In this document: piece by piece, positions 18,341 to 26,671 of the stretch
How positions within the stretch are numbered: the stretch's first letter is position 1
How the letters are laid out: each line of letters opens with the position of its first letter
Assembly: GCA_964490975.1 (NCBI GenBank)
Contig: CAZBEQ010000012.1
Location: forward strand, 1,559 to 65,558
DNA length: 64,000 nt
Direction: 5' to 3'
Origin: an uncultured Oscillospiraceae bacterium
Lineage (GTDB): Bacteria; Bacillota; Clostridia; Acetivibrionales; DTU013
Translations under genes and position numbers: made by a program
Notes under the pieces: model-generated
Told to the model about the DNA's origin: nothing
The model's input: only the letters and a program-made list of their open reading frames with translations
The model's database searches: none

Positions 18341-19021
18341 CTAAACAGTGTGCATGCTCTTCATGCTGGACATATATTCAAGTATTTTGTCTCGTGCCAG
18401 TTGTAAATGTATTTTATTTATCCTGTCAGCTTCCATAACATCTCCCTTTAAAATGTTATGGACAATGTTAAGGTGTTCCTTTAAAGAGTCATCAAATCTT
18501 TGCTGATCCGTAAGTGAATATATCCTGAATTGCTGTGTCATTGACGATACCTTTTCATAGGTCGATTGCACAAGTAAATTGCCGCCAAGGCTAATAATCA
18601 AATTATGCAGCTTGGCATCCAGCTTTGTATATAGCTGTAGATTACTTTCATAATGGGCCTTTTTTAGATTACAAATAAACTCCAAGAAAACCTTTTTATT
18701 TTCATCGGTCAAGTTGTCGAAGGATTTTTTTATCGCATACGATTCCAGCATAACACGTAAATCGAAAATATCTTCAATGTCTTTTGGGGTTATTTCCTTT
18801 ACAAATACGCCCTTATTTGGCACGTTTATAACAAGACCATCGCTGGCAAGCTGTCGAAGCGCTTCGCGCACAGGAGAACGGCTGACGTTCAGCTCATTTG
18901 CCAGTTCATTTTCCTGCAGCCACTTACCCGGTTCATAAATCCCGTTGCATATCTGTTTTTTTAAAATCTGATATACTTGTTCTTTTATAGTATTAGCAAT
19001 AGGACGCGATAAATTTGACAT
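18341..19021 (-). CDS. GntR-family transcriptional regulator, FadR subfamily (FCD domain)
   Basis: 226 aa. The N-terminal wHTH reads LQENELANELNVSRSPVREALRQLASDGLV. The C-terminal all-helical FCD-like domain contains His residues. Confidence 0.9.
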   Translation of the reverse strand: MSNLSRPIANTIKEQVYQILKKQICNGIYEPGKWLQENELANELNVSRSPVREALRQLASDGLVINVPNKGVFVKEITPKDIEDIFDLRVMLESYAIKKSFDNLTDENKKVFLEFICNLKKAHYESNLQLYTKLDAKLHNLIISLGGNLLVQSTYEKVSSMTQQFRIYSLTDQQRFDDSLKEHLNIVHNILKGDVMEADRINKIHLQLARDKILEYMSSMKSMHTV

Positions 19022-19134
19022 ATGATTTATACCCCTGTAGTACTTTGTAATAATATCATTATAACTAAGATAATAATTAAATCAATAATCGAGATAAAGA
19101 TTACCTCTTGTGAGTAAATTTTGAGAAATTAAAA

Positions 19135-19254
19135 ATGGTAAATGGACAGGCTGAGGAAATGGATACGGAAGCGATCCTTAAAGATGGCAGGACATGTATA
19201 CCTATGAGGGCTGTAGTGCAAGCTTTGCGGTACTGCAAATATCAGGACGAGTGA
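19135..19254 (+). pseudogene. Relic of a copper-amine-oxidase-N-terminal-like (stalk) domain protein
   Basis: The 39-codon ORF MVNGQAEEMDTEAILKDGRTCIPMRAVVQALRYCKYQDE matches the remembered repeat pattern vNG....d..p.i.ngRT.vPlRav.eaLG..v.wd. It is isolated, with no signal peptide or catalytic domain. Confidence 0.35.
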
Positions 19255-19356
19255 AAAAAATAAAAAATAAAAAAGAAAAACGGTTTGAAGTCTTCTTAAG
19301 CTTGGTATAATATTAATAAATATACATCTACATAATTTTTTATAGGAGAAAACAAA

Positions 19357-20337
19357 ATGAACAATCCTGCAAAGCCGAATGGACCATTAGTGACCCATAT
19401 TTATACGGCAGATCCTTCTGCTCACGTGTTTGATGGGAAAATATACATTTATCCCTCTCACGATCTCGATTTGGATATAGCCTCAAATGACAATGGCGAT
19501 CAGTATATGATGGAAGATTATCACATATTGTCCATGGACAGTATAGATTCACCTTGTGTTGACAATGGGGAAGCGCTGAATATCAGGGATATTCCATGGG
19601 CATCTGTTCAACTATGGGCTCCTGATGCTGCTTATAAAAACAATACATATTATTTATATTTTCCGGTAAGGGACAAGAACGGAATTTTCCATCTCGGAGT
19701 TGCCACAAGCCCGAATCCGGCAGGATCTTTTGTTCCTCAGGCAGAGCCGATCCCCGGAAGCTTCAGCATAGATCCGGCTGTATTGGTTGATGATGACAAC
19801 AGAGCATATATTTATTTTGGAGGCCTCTGGGGAGGACAGCTGGAAAAGTGGAAAAACGGCAGCTTTGATCCTGAAGGCGGGGAATCGGCTGCGACAGAAC
19901 CGGCTCTGGGCCCAAGAGTAGCGGAGTTGAGTGATGACATGCTTACTTTTAAAGAGGCGCCTGCTCAGATATCCATCGTGGATGCAGACGGCAAGCCCAT
20001 TCTCGCCGGCGACGAGGAAAGAAGGTATTTTGAAGGTCCCTGGATGCATAAATATAATGGATACTATTACCTGTCCTATTCTACCGGAACGACCCATTAT
20101 ATCGTTTATGCAATCAGCAAAGATCCAAAGGGACCGTTTGTGTATAAGGGCAAAATACTTACTCCGGTAATCGGCTGGACAACACATCATTCAATAGTTG
20201 AGTTCAAGGGTAAGTGGTACCTGTTCTACCATGACAGCTCACTGTCGGGTGGACAGGACAACAAGCGCTGTGTCAAGTTTACCGAGCTGAAATACAATGA
20301 AGATGGGACCATCCAGACGATTGAACCGTATAAGTAA
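19357..20337 (+). CDS. Glycoside hydrolase family 43 (beta-xylosidase / alpha-L-arabinofuranosidase type)
   Basis: 326 aa. The N-terminus NPLVTHIYTADPSAHVFDGKIYIYPSHD carries the catalytic Asp, with later WAPDA and EGPW motifs typical of the GH43 five-bladed propeller. Confidence 0.9.
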   Translation: MNNPAKPNGPLVTHIYTADPSAHVFDGKIYIYPSHDLDLDIASNDNGDQYMMEDYHILSMDSIDSPCVDNGEALNIRDIPWASVQLWAPDAAYKNNTYYLYFPVRDKNGIFHLGVATSPNPAGSFVPQAEPIPGSFSIDPAVLVDDDNRAYIYFGGLWGGQLEKWKNGSFDPEGGESAATEPALGPRVAELSDDMLTFKEAPAQISIVDADGKPILAGDEERRYFEGPWMHKYNGYYYLSYSTGTTHYIVYAISKDPKGPFVYKGKILTPVIGWTTHHSIVEFKGKWYLFYHDSSLSGGQDNKRCVKFTELKYNEDGTIQTIEPYK

Positions 20338-20432
20338 ATCGACGTAGGGTGATTGAATCAGTAGTATTTAGAAGACTACAGGCTATGGAAAATACTTGAT
20401 AATTATTTAAAAAGCTTGTACAAGTAAACAAT

Positions 20433-20470
20433 AAATGCTATATTAACAATACAAACTTAATATAGCATTT
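20433..20470. repeat. 14-bp perfect AT-rich inverted repeat overlapping a candidate promoter
   Basis: AAATGCTATATTAA (20433-20446) and TTAATATAGCATTT (20457-20470). It overlaps the candidate promoter TTGTAC (20416-20421), 17-nt spacer, TATATT (20439-20444). It could be an operator or a weak GH43 terminator. Confidence 0.5.
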
Positions 20471-20471
20471 T

Positions 20472-20558
20472 GATAAGGGCAAATTCACTGAAAGGTGAAG
20501 ACGCAAAGCCGTGAGTCTAAAGCAGAATAATTGCCAAGATTGTCAGGTTGCCGGATAT
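20472..20558 (+). promoter_or_regulatory. c-di-GMP-I (GEMM) riboswitch aptamer
   Basis: AAGGGCAAAUUCACUGAAAGGUGAAGACGCAAAGCCGUGAGUCU...CAGGUUGCCGG. It has the conserved GGCAAA, a GAAA-tetraloop hairpin (UUCACU-GAAA-GGUGAA), the invariant GACGCAAAGCC core and the 3' GUUGCCG segment. Boundaries are approximate. Confidence 0.8.
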
Positions 20559-20566
20559 ATGTAAAT

Positions 20567-20597
20567 AAGCGGGCAAACTGTGCCTGCTTTTTTATTT
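20567..20597 (+). terminator. Intrinsic terminator forming the riboswitch expression platform
   Basis: AGCGGGCA (20568-20575), loop AACUG, then UGCCUGCU (20581-20588; 8 bp including one G-U), followed by UUUUUUAUUU. It lies 24 nt before the cheY start. Confidence 0.75.
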
Positions 20598-20620
20598 ACA
20601 CTTATTTCAGGAGGAAGAAA

Positions 20621-21004
20621 ATGAAAAATGTTCTTATTGTTGATGATGCTGCATTTATGAGGATGGCATTGAGAAAAATGCTCGAGAAGCTAGGGTTTAC
20701 GGTAGTTGCTGAAGCAGAAAATGGGGCTGAGGGAGTACGCAGATACAAAGAATTCCATCCTGAGCTGGTAACGATGGATATAACTATGCCCGAAATGGAT
20801 GGCATTAAGGCCTTGAAGGAGATCATTTCATTTGATGCAAATGCAAAGGTCATTATGGTATCGGCGCTTGGACAGGAATCGTACATAAAGGAAGCTATAA
20901 TTGCAGGCGCCAAGTATTTCATTGTAAAACCGTTCAAGGAGGAACACGTGGGTACTGTACTCAATAATGTAATAAAAGCGGAGAACAATTCCAAGCCAGC
21001 TTGA
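20621..21004 (+). CDS. cheY: CheY-like single-domain response regulator
   Basis: Start re-set to the ATG at 20621 (AGGAGG at 20609-20614). The longer ORF from 20531 would run through the terminator. 127 aa: MKNVLIVDDAAFMR...VTMDITMPEMDG...KPF. Confidence 0.9.
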   Translation: MKNVLIVDDAAFMRMALRKMLEKLGFTVVAEAENGAEGVRRYKEFHPELVTMDITMPEMDGIKALKEIISFDANAKVIMVSALGQESYIKEAIIAGAKYFIVKPFKEEHVGTVLNNVIKAENNSKPA

Positions 21005-21158
21005 CAGGTAATTACCATGCTTACGATAACCCAAAAAAAGAATGTTAATACCAAAGATAATTGTAATAGGGGGGGTGTTGCCGCAGCATGTAAGCTGTAA
21101 GACTGGATATGGTGTTAAGGTAACTAAATCTCTGAGAAACAGGAGGCGATAAAAAAGA

Positions 21159-21659
21159 ATGTCTACAGTAATTGAGAACATAATGAACACAGAAGAAGAT
21201 ACACAAATTAATCGGTTTTTAACATTCGTACTAGACAGGGAAACATATGGTATTGAGATCATGTATGTGACGGAGATAATAGGGATACAGACAATAACTG
21301 AAATTCCTGAATTGCCAGATTACATGAAGGGTATCATCAATCTTCGCGGCAAGATAGTTCCGGTAATGGATGTAAGGCTCCGCTTCAGGAAAGAACCCAG
21401 AGAGTACAATGACAGGACATGTATTATAGTGATCGATGTTAATGAAATATCTATAGGCTTGATCGTAGACAGCGTGTCAGAAGTTCTTACGATACCTGAA
21501 CAGGATATCGTAGATCCTCCGAAGGTCAATAATAACTTTGGCAGCAGGTTCATTAAGAAGATAGGGAAAGTGGACAGTAATGTAAAACTGCTGCTTGATT
21601 GTGACAAGCTCTTAACAGAAAATGAACTAAATGACTTTGCAGAAATTCTTGAAAAATAA
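21159..21659 (+). CDS. cheW: Chemotaxis coupling protein CheW
   Basis: 166 aa. CheW-like domain [22 protein letters not shown]...[15 protein letters not shown]...[11 protein letters not shown]. Confidence 0.9.
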   Translation: MSTVIENIMNTEEDTQINRFLTFVLDRETYGIEIMYVTEIIGIQTITEIPELPDYMKGIINLRGKIVPVMDVRLRFRKEPREYNDRTCIIVIDVNEISIGLIVDSVSEVLTIPEQDIVDPPKVNNNFGSRFIKKIGKVDSNVKLLLDCDKLLTENELNDFAEILEK

Positions 21660-21684
21660 ATTACAAGTAAAGGAGCAATATACT

Positions 21685-24102
21685 ATGCAATGGTTTAAAA
21701 ATTTGAAAATCGCAGCCAAACTGTTGATTGGCTTCATAATCGTAGCTATTATTGCAGCTTTTGTCGGAATTATTGGCATAGTAAATATCAATAATATTAA
21801 TGAAGCTGACACAGAGTTATATCAACTTGATACACTTGGCATTCAGTATGTAAGTGTTGCTTCACATGATTTTCAAAGACTGAGATACAACACACTTATG
21901 ATAACTGTTGTAGATGATCCCACAACACGTGAAGAAACTATCAAAACGGTTAATAATCTGTTACTTAGCATTGAAGAAGCTTTAAACAACTACAACAAAT
22001 ACTGTATCACAGATGAAGCTGACCAGGCAGCTAGTGATCTGGTAATAAGTCAATGGGGACAGTACCGTGCTTATATTCAACAGTATCAGGATTTGATCAA
22101 TGCTAATAAGTTTGATGATGCGAGAAAGATTATAATAGTTGATTCTGATTCAACTGGAGATGATTTGAGAGAAACGCTTAAAAGTATAACGACACAAAAA
22201 ACCACCGATGCTAAAAATACGTCAGAATCAAATAATAATAATGCCCGGCAAGCTGTTCTACTGATGATTATTGTGATTGCTGCTGGAGCTGTATCGGCAA
22301 TAATACTTGGAATAATTATATCCAGAATTATAAGCAAGCCGATCAATAAAATGGTCGATGCTATGGATAGAATTGCCAATGGAGATGTCGAAGTAAGTAT
22401 TGACATAGATACAAAAGAAGAGATTGGTGATCTGGCTAGTTCATGCAGAAAGACTACCGATTCAATAAGGCTATTGATACAGGAAGCAAACAAACTGACG
22501 AATGCGGCAGTGGAAGGACAACTTTCAGTCAGAGGAGATGTAGCCCAACTCAAAGGAGGATATAGAGACATCGTCAATGGTGTTAATAATACACTTGATG
22601 CTATTAATAAACCATTTATCGAATCTGAAACGGTTCTTGGAAAAATTGCTTTAAACGACTATACCCTTCAGATGACCGGACAATACAAAGGATATTTTGA
22701 AAAATTTGCAAAAATAATTAACGATGTGCGCACAAGACTGTTAAGCGTACAGGATGCATTTGAACGTGTCGGGAAAGGCGATGCCAGCAGATTGGCAGAG
22801 TTCGAGAAGGCAGGAAAACGATCAGAGAATGACAGGCTTATACCGGCTTGTATATCTGCTCTGAAGTCAATCAATGGTATCATTGCCGAAACCGGTAAAA
22901 TAGCCGATGCTGCAGCCAATGGCAATTTAAGTGTCAGGGGCGACAAGGATGCTTTTGAAGGCGGATACAAGGATATCATAGCAGGCTTTAACAGGACATT
23001 GGATACAATAGCAGAACCGGTGAGCGAATTGTCAGGTGTCATGGCGAGACTTGCTAATAACGATTTGACATTAGGTATGCAGGGCGAATATAAAGGCGAG
23101 TTTGCTAAAATGAAGGATGCTGTCAACTCAACGATCGATTCTTTAAATGTTGTAATGACTGAGATAAAATCAGCGTCAGAGCAGGTAGCATCCGGAGCCA
23201 AGCAGGTTTCCGACTCAAGCATGGCACTGTCACAGGGAGCGACCGAGCAGGCGAGCTCGATAGAAGAACTTACGGCTTCACTTGAAGAAATATCATCGCA
23301 AACTAAATTGAATGCAGATAATGCAGGCAAGGCTAATGAATTGGCTGAAAATGCAAGATCCAATGCTATAAAGGGCAATGATCAAATGAAAGATATGCTC
23401 AAGGCTATGGATGAAATCAATATTTCTTCAAGTAATATAAATAAGATAATAAAAGTAATAGACGACATAGCATTCCAAACAAATATCCTAGCTTTGAATG
23501 CAGCTGTTGAAGCAGCAAGAGCGGGACAGCACGGCAAGGGTTTTGCTGTTGTCGCTGAGGAGGTAAGGACTCTCGCGGCACGTTCCGCCAATGCAGCAAA
23601 AGAAACTACAGACCTGATTGAAGGTTCAATAAATAAGGTAGAGGCAGGTACAAAAATAGCAAAGGAAACTGCGGATGCATTGGGTAAAATTGTTTATGAG
23701 GTTGATAAGGCGGCCGATCTTGTAAACTCAATATCAACAGCATCAACTGAACAGGCAGCGGGTATCGAACAAATCAATCAAGGTATAATGCAGATATCTG
23801 AAGTAGTACAGACGAACTCAGCTACATCACAGGAAAGTGCGGCGGCAAGTGAAGAACTATCAAGCCAGGCAGAGACATTGAAGGACATTGTGGGGACGGT
23901 CAAGTTGAAAAAAGTAAACAGATCATATGGCGAGCTTGATGAAATCAGTCCAGAAGTCCTCAAAATGCTCGAAAGCATGTCAGGAAAAAGGGTTAACAAC
24001 CATGACAGCTTTAACAGTACAAAATTTGCAGGTAAAAAAAATAGCGAGCAAGTAAGAGATAAAAAGATAGCTCTTAGTGATAAGGAATTCGGAAAGTATT
24101 AA
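21685..24102 (+). CDS. Methyl-accepting chemotaxis protein with a duplicated HAMP-containing module
   Basis: Start at the ATG at 21685 (AAAGGAG RBS). N-terminal sensor flanked by two TM helices. A duplicated module of about 136 aa is present (..[34 protein letters not shown].. and ..[34 protein letters not shown]..). The C-terminal MCP signalling domain reads [34 protein letters not shown]. Confidence 0.9.
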   Translation: MQWFKNLKIAAKLLIGFIIVAIIAAFVGIIGIVNINNINEADTELYQLDTLGIQYVSVASHDFQRLRYNTLMITVVDDPTTREETIKTVNNLLLSIEEALNNYNKYCITDEADQAASDLVISQWGQYRAYIQQYQDLINANKFDDARKIIIVDSDSTGDDLRETLKSITTQKTTDAKNTSESNNNNARQAVLLMIIVIAAGAVSAIILGIIISRIISKPINKMVDAMDRIANGDVEVSIDIDTKEEIGDLASSCRKTTDSIRLLIQEANKLTNAAVEGQLSVRGDVAQLKGGYRDIVNGVNNTLDAINKPFIESETVLGKIALNDYTLQMTGQYKGYFEKFAKIINDVRTRLLSVQDAFERVGKGDASRLAEFEKAGKRSENDRLIPACISALKSINGIIAETGKIADAAANGNLSVRGDKDAFEGGYKDIIAGFNRTLDTIAEPVSELSGVMARLANNDLTLGMQGEYKGEFAKMKDAVNSTIDSLNVVMTEIKSASEQVASGAKQVSDSSMALSQGATEQASSIEELTASLEEISSQTKLNADNAGKANELAENARSNAIKGNDQMKDMLKAMDEINISSSNINKIIKVIDDIAFQTNILALNAAVEAARAGQHGKGFAVVAEEVRTLAARSANAAKETTDLIEGSINKVEAGTKIAKETADALGKIVYEVDKAADLVNSISTASTEQAAGIEQINQGIMQISEVVQTNSATSQESAAASEELSSQAETLKDIVGTVKLKKVNRSYGELDEISPEVLKMLESMSGKRVNNHDSFNSTKFAGKKNSEQVRDKKIALSDKEFGKY

Positions 24103-24134
24103 TATCAAAACGATACACTTATATGATGCGAAGC

Positions 24135-24162
24135 AGGGAGCTTTTTAGCTCCCTTTCTTTTT
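24135..24162 (+). terminator. Rho-independent terminator after the MCP gene
   Basis: AGGGAGCT (24135-24142), a TTTT loop and AGCTCCCT (24147-24154), followed by TTCTTTTT. Confidence 0.8.
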
Positions 24163-24258
24163 GCTCAATACAGGCTGGATTTCCGCTGATTTTATAAGTA
24201 AGAGATTTAATTTGATGAAAACTATGATATCATAAAAACATGGAAAGAAGGAGGTAGT

Positions 24259-24609
24259 ATGACACATAGTCACGAAGCGTTTTTAATGACTGTTGTAAAT
24301 AATATTGAGGCAGATTTGATCGAAGCGATCCTGAAAAATGATGATATCCCGGTTTTGCGCAAATACCGGGAGGCTGGAGGCTACCTTACCGTTTTCATGG
24401 GCGATACTATATACGGTATAGACTTATATGTGCCGGATAAGCTGCTGGATAAGGCCAACGAGTTGATCGAGACAAGCAGGAGCGCGTCTAGTGATGAGCA
24501 GTTCCCGGATAATGTGGAACAGGATGCTCCCGTTGAAGGGCTGGATAATGCAGAACGGGATAAAGATGATAACGACAGCAGCGATCCCAAGCGAGGAGAT
24601 GCCAGATGA
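24259..24609 (+). CDS. DUF2007-like (putative signal-transducing) small protein with an acidic tail
   Basis: 116 aa with a GGAGG RBS. The core ..ADLIEAILKNDDIPV..... resembles the DUF2007 fold family. The C-terminus is Asp/Glu-rich. Confidence 0.55.
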   Translation: MTHSHEAFLMTVVNNIEADLIEAILKNDDIPVLRKYREAGGYLTVFMGDTIYGIDLYVPDKLLDKANELIETSRSASSDEQFPDNVEQDAPVEGLDNAERDKDDNDSSDPKRGDAR

Positions 24610-25094
24610 ATGATACCGGCAGGCCATCCAGACTGGCGAAGGCAGGTAAAATCATCTGGAGCATTCTTTTTGTACTATACCTCGCATTACTAGTGTACCT
24701 TACAATGTACAGCCGATATTATGGACGCGGATATGATCACCGCAGTATGAACTTTGTTCCATTAAGGACAATCACACAATATTTGAATGCAAACATCAAC
24801 AGGAACATAATAGTTACTAATCTGCTTGGAAACATAGCAGCATTTATGCCTATGGGTTTTTTGCTGCCATTGGTATCAAAAAAATTCAACGGATTCTTCA
24901 AAACTGTATTGCTATCGGCAGGATTCTCGTTTGTGATTGAAACTGTCCAATATATACTTGCGGTAGGTGCTGCAGACATTGACGATCTGATCCTCAATAC
25001 CGCTGGCGCTATAATTGGCTTTTTGATATTCTTACTATTCAGACTTGTCTTCAATTTAGCATCGTACAAAGATAATAAACATAATCGCACATAA
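24606..25094 (+). CDS. VanZ-family membrane protein
   Basis: 162 aa with a 4-nt overlap with the upstream gene. Motifs NFVPLRTI...NLLGNIAAFMPMGFLLP...ETVQY....G..DIDDLILNT are typical of the VanZ-like family. Confidence 0.85.
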   Translation: MNDTGRPSRLAKAGKIIWSILFVLYLALLVYLTMYSRYYGRGYDHRSMNFVPLRTITQYLNANINRNIIVTNLLGNIAAFMPMGFLLPLVSKKFNGFFKTVLLSAGFSFVIETVQYILAVGAADIDDLILNTAGAIIGFLIFLLFRLVFNLASYKDNKHNRT

Positions 25095-25118
25095 TTTCAA
25101 TTAGAAATGGGCAATATT

Positions 25119-25147
25119 TTGTATGATTAAGTGCGAAATGATATAAT
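25119..25147 (+). promoter_or_regulatory. Sigma-A-type promoter of the Phd-Uma2 fusion gene
   Basis: TTGTAT (25119-25124), a 17-nt spacer and TATAAT (25142-25147), 20 nt upstream of the ATG. Confidence 0.55.
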
Positions 25148-25166
25148 ATTTTTGGAGGTACATTTT

Positions 25167-25934
25167 ATGGATAAGTTAAAATACCAGGAAGGCGTTGTTG
25201 TAACTGCTACAGGGCTTAAGCAGAATCTGGGCAAATATATGGATCTGGTCGAACAGCAAAATGATGTTGTAATTACAAAAAACGGAGCAAAGATTGCGAG
25301 GTTGACTCCATATATAACGGATATCGAACAATATTTCACCGTCAGAGAAAAGGCACTGGACTACCAGTATGGCGGGAAAAAGGTTTCATATGAAGAATTC
25401 ATGTCGATATATGAAAACAGCACACTGAGGATGGAATACATCAATGGCGAGATATATCTGCTGGGCTCTCCGACCATTGGCCATCAGGATATTCTTGGAA
25501 GGCTCTATTTGATTTTTAATAAATATTTTGAAGGAAAGAAATGCAGGGTTTTTCTTGCTCCTTTCGATGCCCATTTCTGGAAGAAGGATTTCAAGGAGCC
25601 TGATGTGATGCAGCCGGATGTACTTGTAGCATGCGACCTGGAGGGCAATGTCATCGAAAAGGGGAAATACATGGGTACGCCGTCACTGGTGATCGAGATA
25701 CTGTCCGAAAGCACACGCACAAAAGATATGGTCGACAAGCTGAACACATATATGCTTTCCGGAGTAAAGGAATATTGGGTCATAGATACAAAGCAGGAAA
25801 TGATCATGATATATGATTTTGCTGACCGTGGTATCGATTATCTGAAGCTTTACAATAAGGGTGATACAGCGGCTTCAATAGCTTTCAACGGCTTGTCTGC
25901 AGACGTCGCTGCTTTGTTCAGTGATTTGTTGTAA
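25167..25934 (+). CDS. Fusion protein: N-terminal Phd/YefM-antitoxin-like domain and C-terminal Uma2-family (DUF820) PD-(D/E)xK endonuclease domain
   Basis: Start re-set to the ATG at 25167 (GGAGGT RBS). Residues ~5-60, VVTATGLKQNLGKYMDLVEQQNDVVITKNGAKIARLTPY, fit the Phd/YefM pattern. The rest (MEYINGEIYLLGSPTIGHQDI...PDVLVACD...PSLVIEILSESTRTKD...K...Y..GVKEYWVID) fits Uma2. Confidence 0.75.
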   Translation: MDKLKYQEGVVVTATGLKQNLGKYMDLVEQQNDVVITKNGAKIARLTPYITDIEQYFTVREKALDYQYGGKKVSYEEFMSIYENSTLRMEYINGEIYLLGSPTIGHQDILGRLYLIFNKYFEGKKCRVFLAPFDAHFWKKDFKEPDVMQPDVLVACDLEGNVIEKGKYMGTPSLVIEILSESTRTKDMVDKLNTYMLSGVKEYWVIDTKQEMIMIYDFADRGIDYLKLYNKGDTAASIAFNGLSADVAALFSDLL

Positions 25935-26029
25935 AGCAAAATTAAGTTAGTGGGAACAAATCAATGATCTCAAATGTCAAAAGATATATGAACCAGTACC
26001 CATATATCTTTCTGTTTGGAGGGGATCCC

Positions 26030-26533
26030 ATGAGGTCTGTAAGTAAAACAATTTTATGTATCATTGCTGTTTTCATGTCTTTGCCTGCAGCGGCCTATGC
26101 AAACTCTTCGTGGCATTGGGTCACTGTGAGCCCGATGACTGTATTCCCACTGGCGGTTATTTTGACGCTGTTGATAGAAACGTACTCAGTTACGAAATTT
26201 GGAAAGGTTGATAATCATAAAAGAGCATTAATTGTAATAGGCTTTGCAAATCTACTTTCGTTCCTTGCACCATATCTCGAAAGGGCTAACCGTTTTACAG
26301 CTGTAACTGGTGGGTTCTCACTGTCAGCCGCCTTCAACAAGGGACCATATTATATTGTTTTCTCCGGGTCTTTGTTGCTTACAGTCATAGTTGAACTGCC
26401 GGTAGTGTTTTTCCTTCTCAGGAAAAACACCATGAACAGACGAAATCTTATTCTGTCTATAATACTATCGAATATTGTAACAACAAGTCTTGTTGCAGTC
26501 ATGGAACGCCTTATCTGCATCGGCAGATGGTAA
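26030..26533 (+). CDS. Hypothetical multi-pass membrane protein with signal peptide
   Basis: Start re-set to the ATG at 26030 (GGAGGGG RBS). MRSVSKTILCIIAVFMSLPAAAYA signal-like N-terminus followed by about 4 TM helices. Confidence 0.5.
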   Translation: MRSVSKTILCIIAVFMSLPAAAYANSSWHWVTVSPMTVFPLAVILTLLIETYSVTKFGKVDNHKRALIVIGFANLLSFLAPYLERANRFTAVTGGFSLSAAFNKGPYYIVFSGSLLLTVIVELPVVFFLLRKNTMNRRNLILSIILSNIVTTSLVAVMERLICIGRW

Positions 26534-26671
26534 TGCCGATTTGATTGAGACTGAAACACATCACTAATATCCTAAATTGCAAAAAAATAAAAAATATGGA
26601 ACTTTAAAGCAACTCCTCCCGTCTGATTATATATAGAGAGAGAAATAAATATAAAAGGGAGGAAACAAAAA

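Noticed and set aside
20531-20620. A 5' extension of the cheY ORF (MPRLSGCRIYVNKRANCACFF...).
   Set aside because: It runs through the riboswitch 3' end and the intrinsic terminator. The ATG at 20621 has an AGGAGG RBS and gives a canonical 127-aa CheY.
21060-21100. GGGGGGGTGTTGCCGCAGCATGTAAGC between cheY and cheW looked like a fifth copy of the G-run repeat family. The G-run hairpin at 35358-35376 raised the same question.
   Set aside because: The similarity is limited to the G-run and a few scattered bases, and the CGCNTCGTTNNAAC block is missing. It is too weak to call without statistics.
22668-23378. A 236-aa antisense ORF inside the MCP gene, plus similar cases at 49140-49877 (+) and 50329-51132 (-).
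   Set aside because: They lie opposite strongly supported coding regions. Their biased composition is typical of antisense frames of Ala/Ser/Glu-rich genes.
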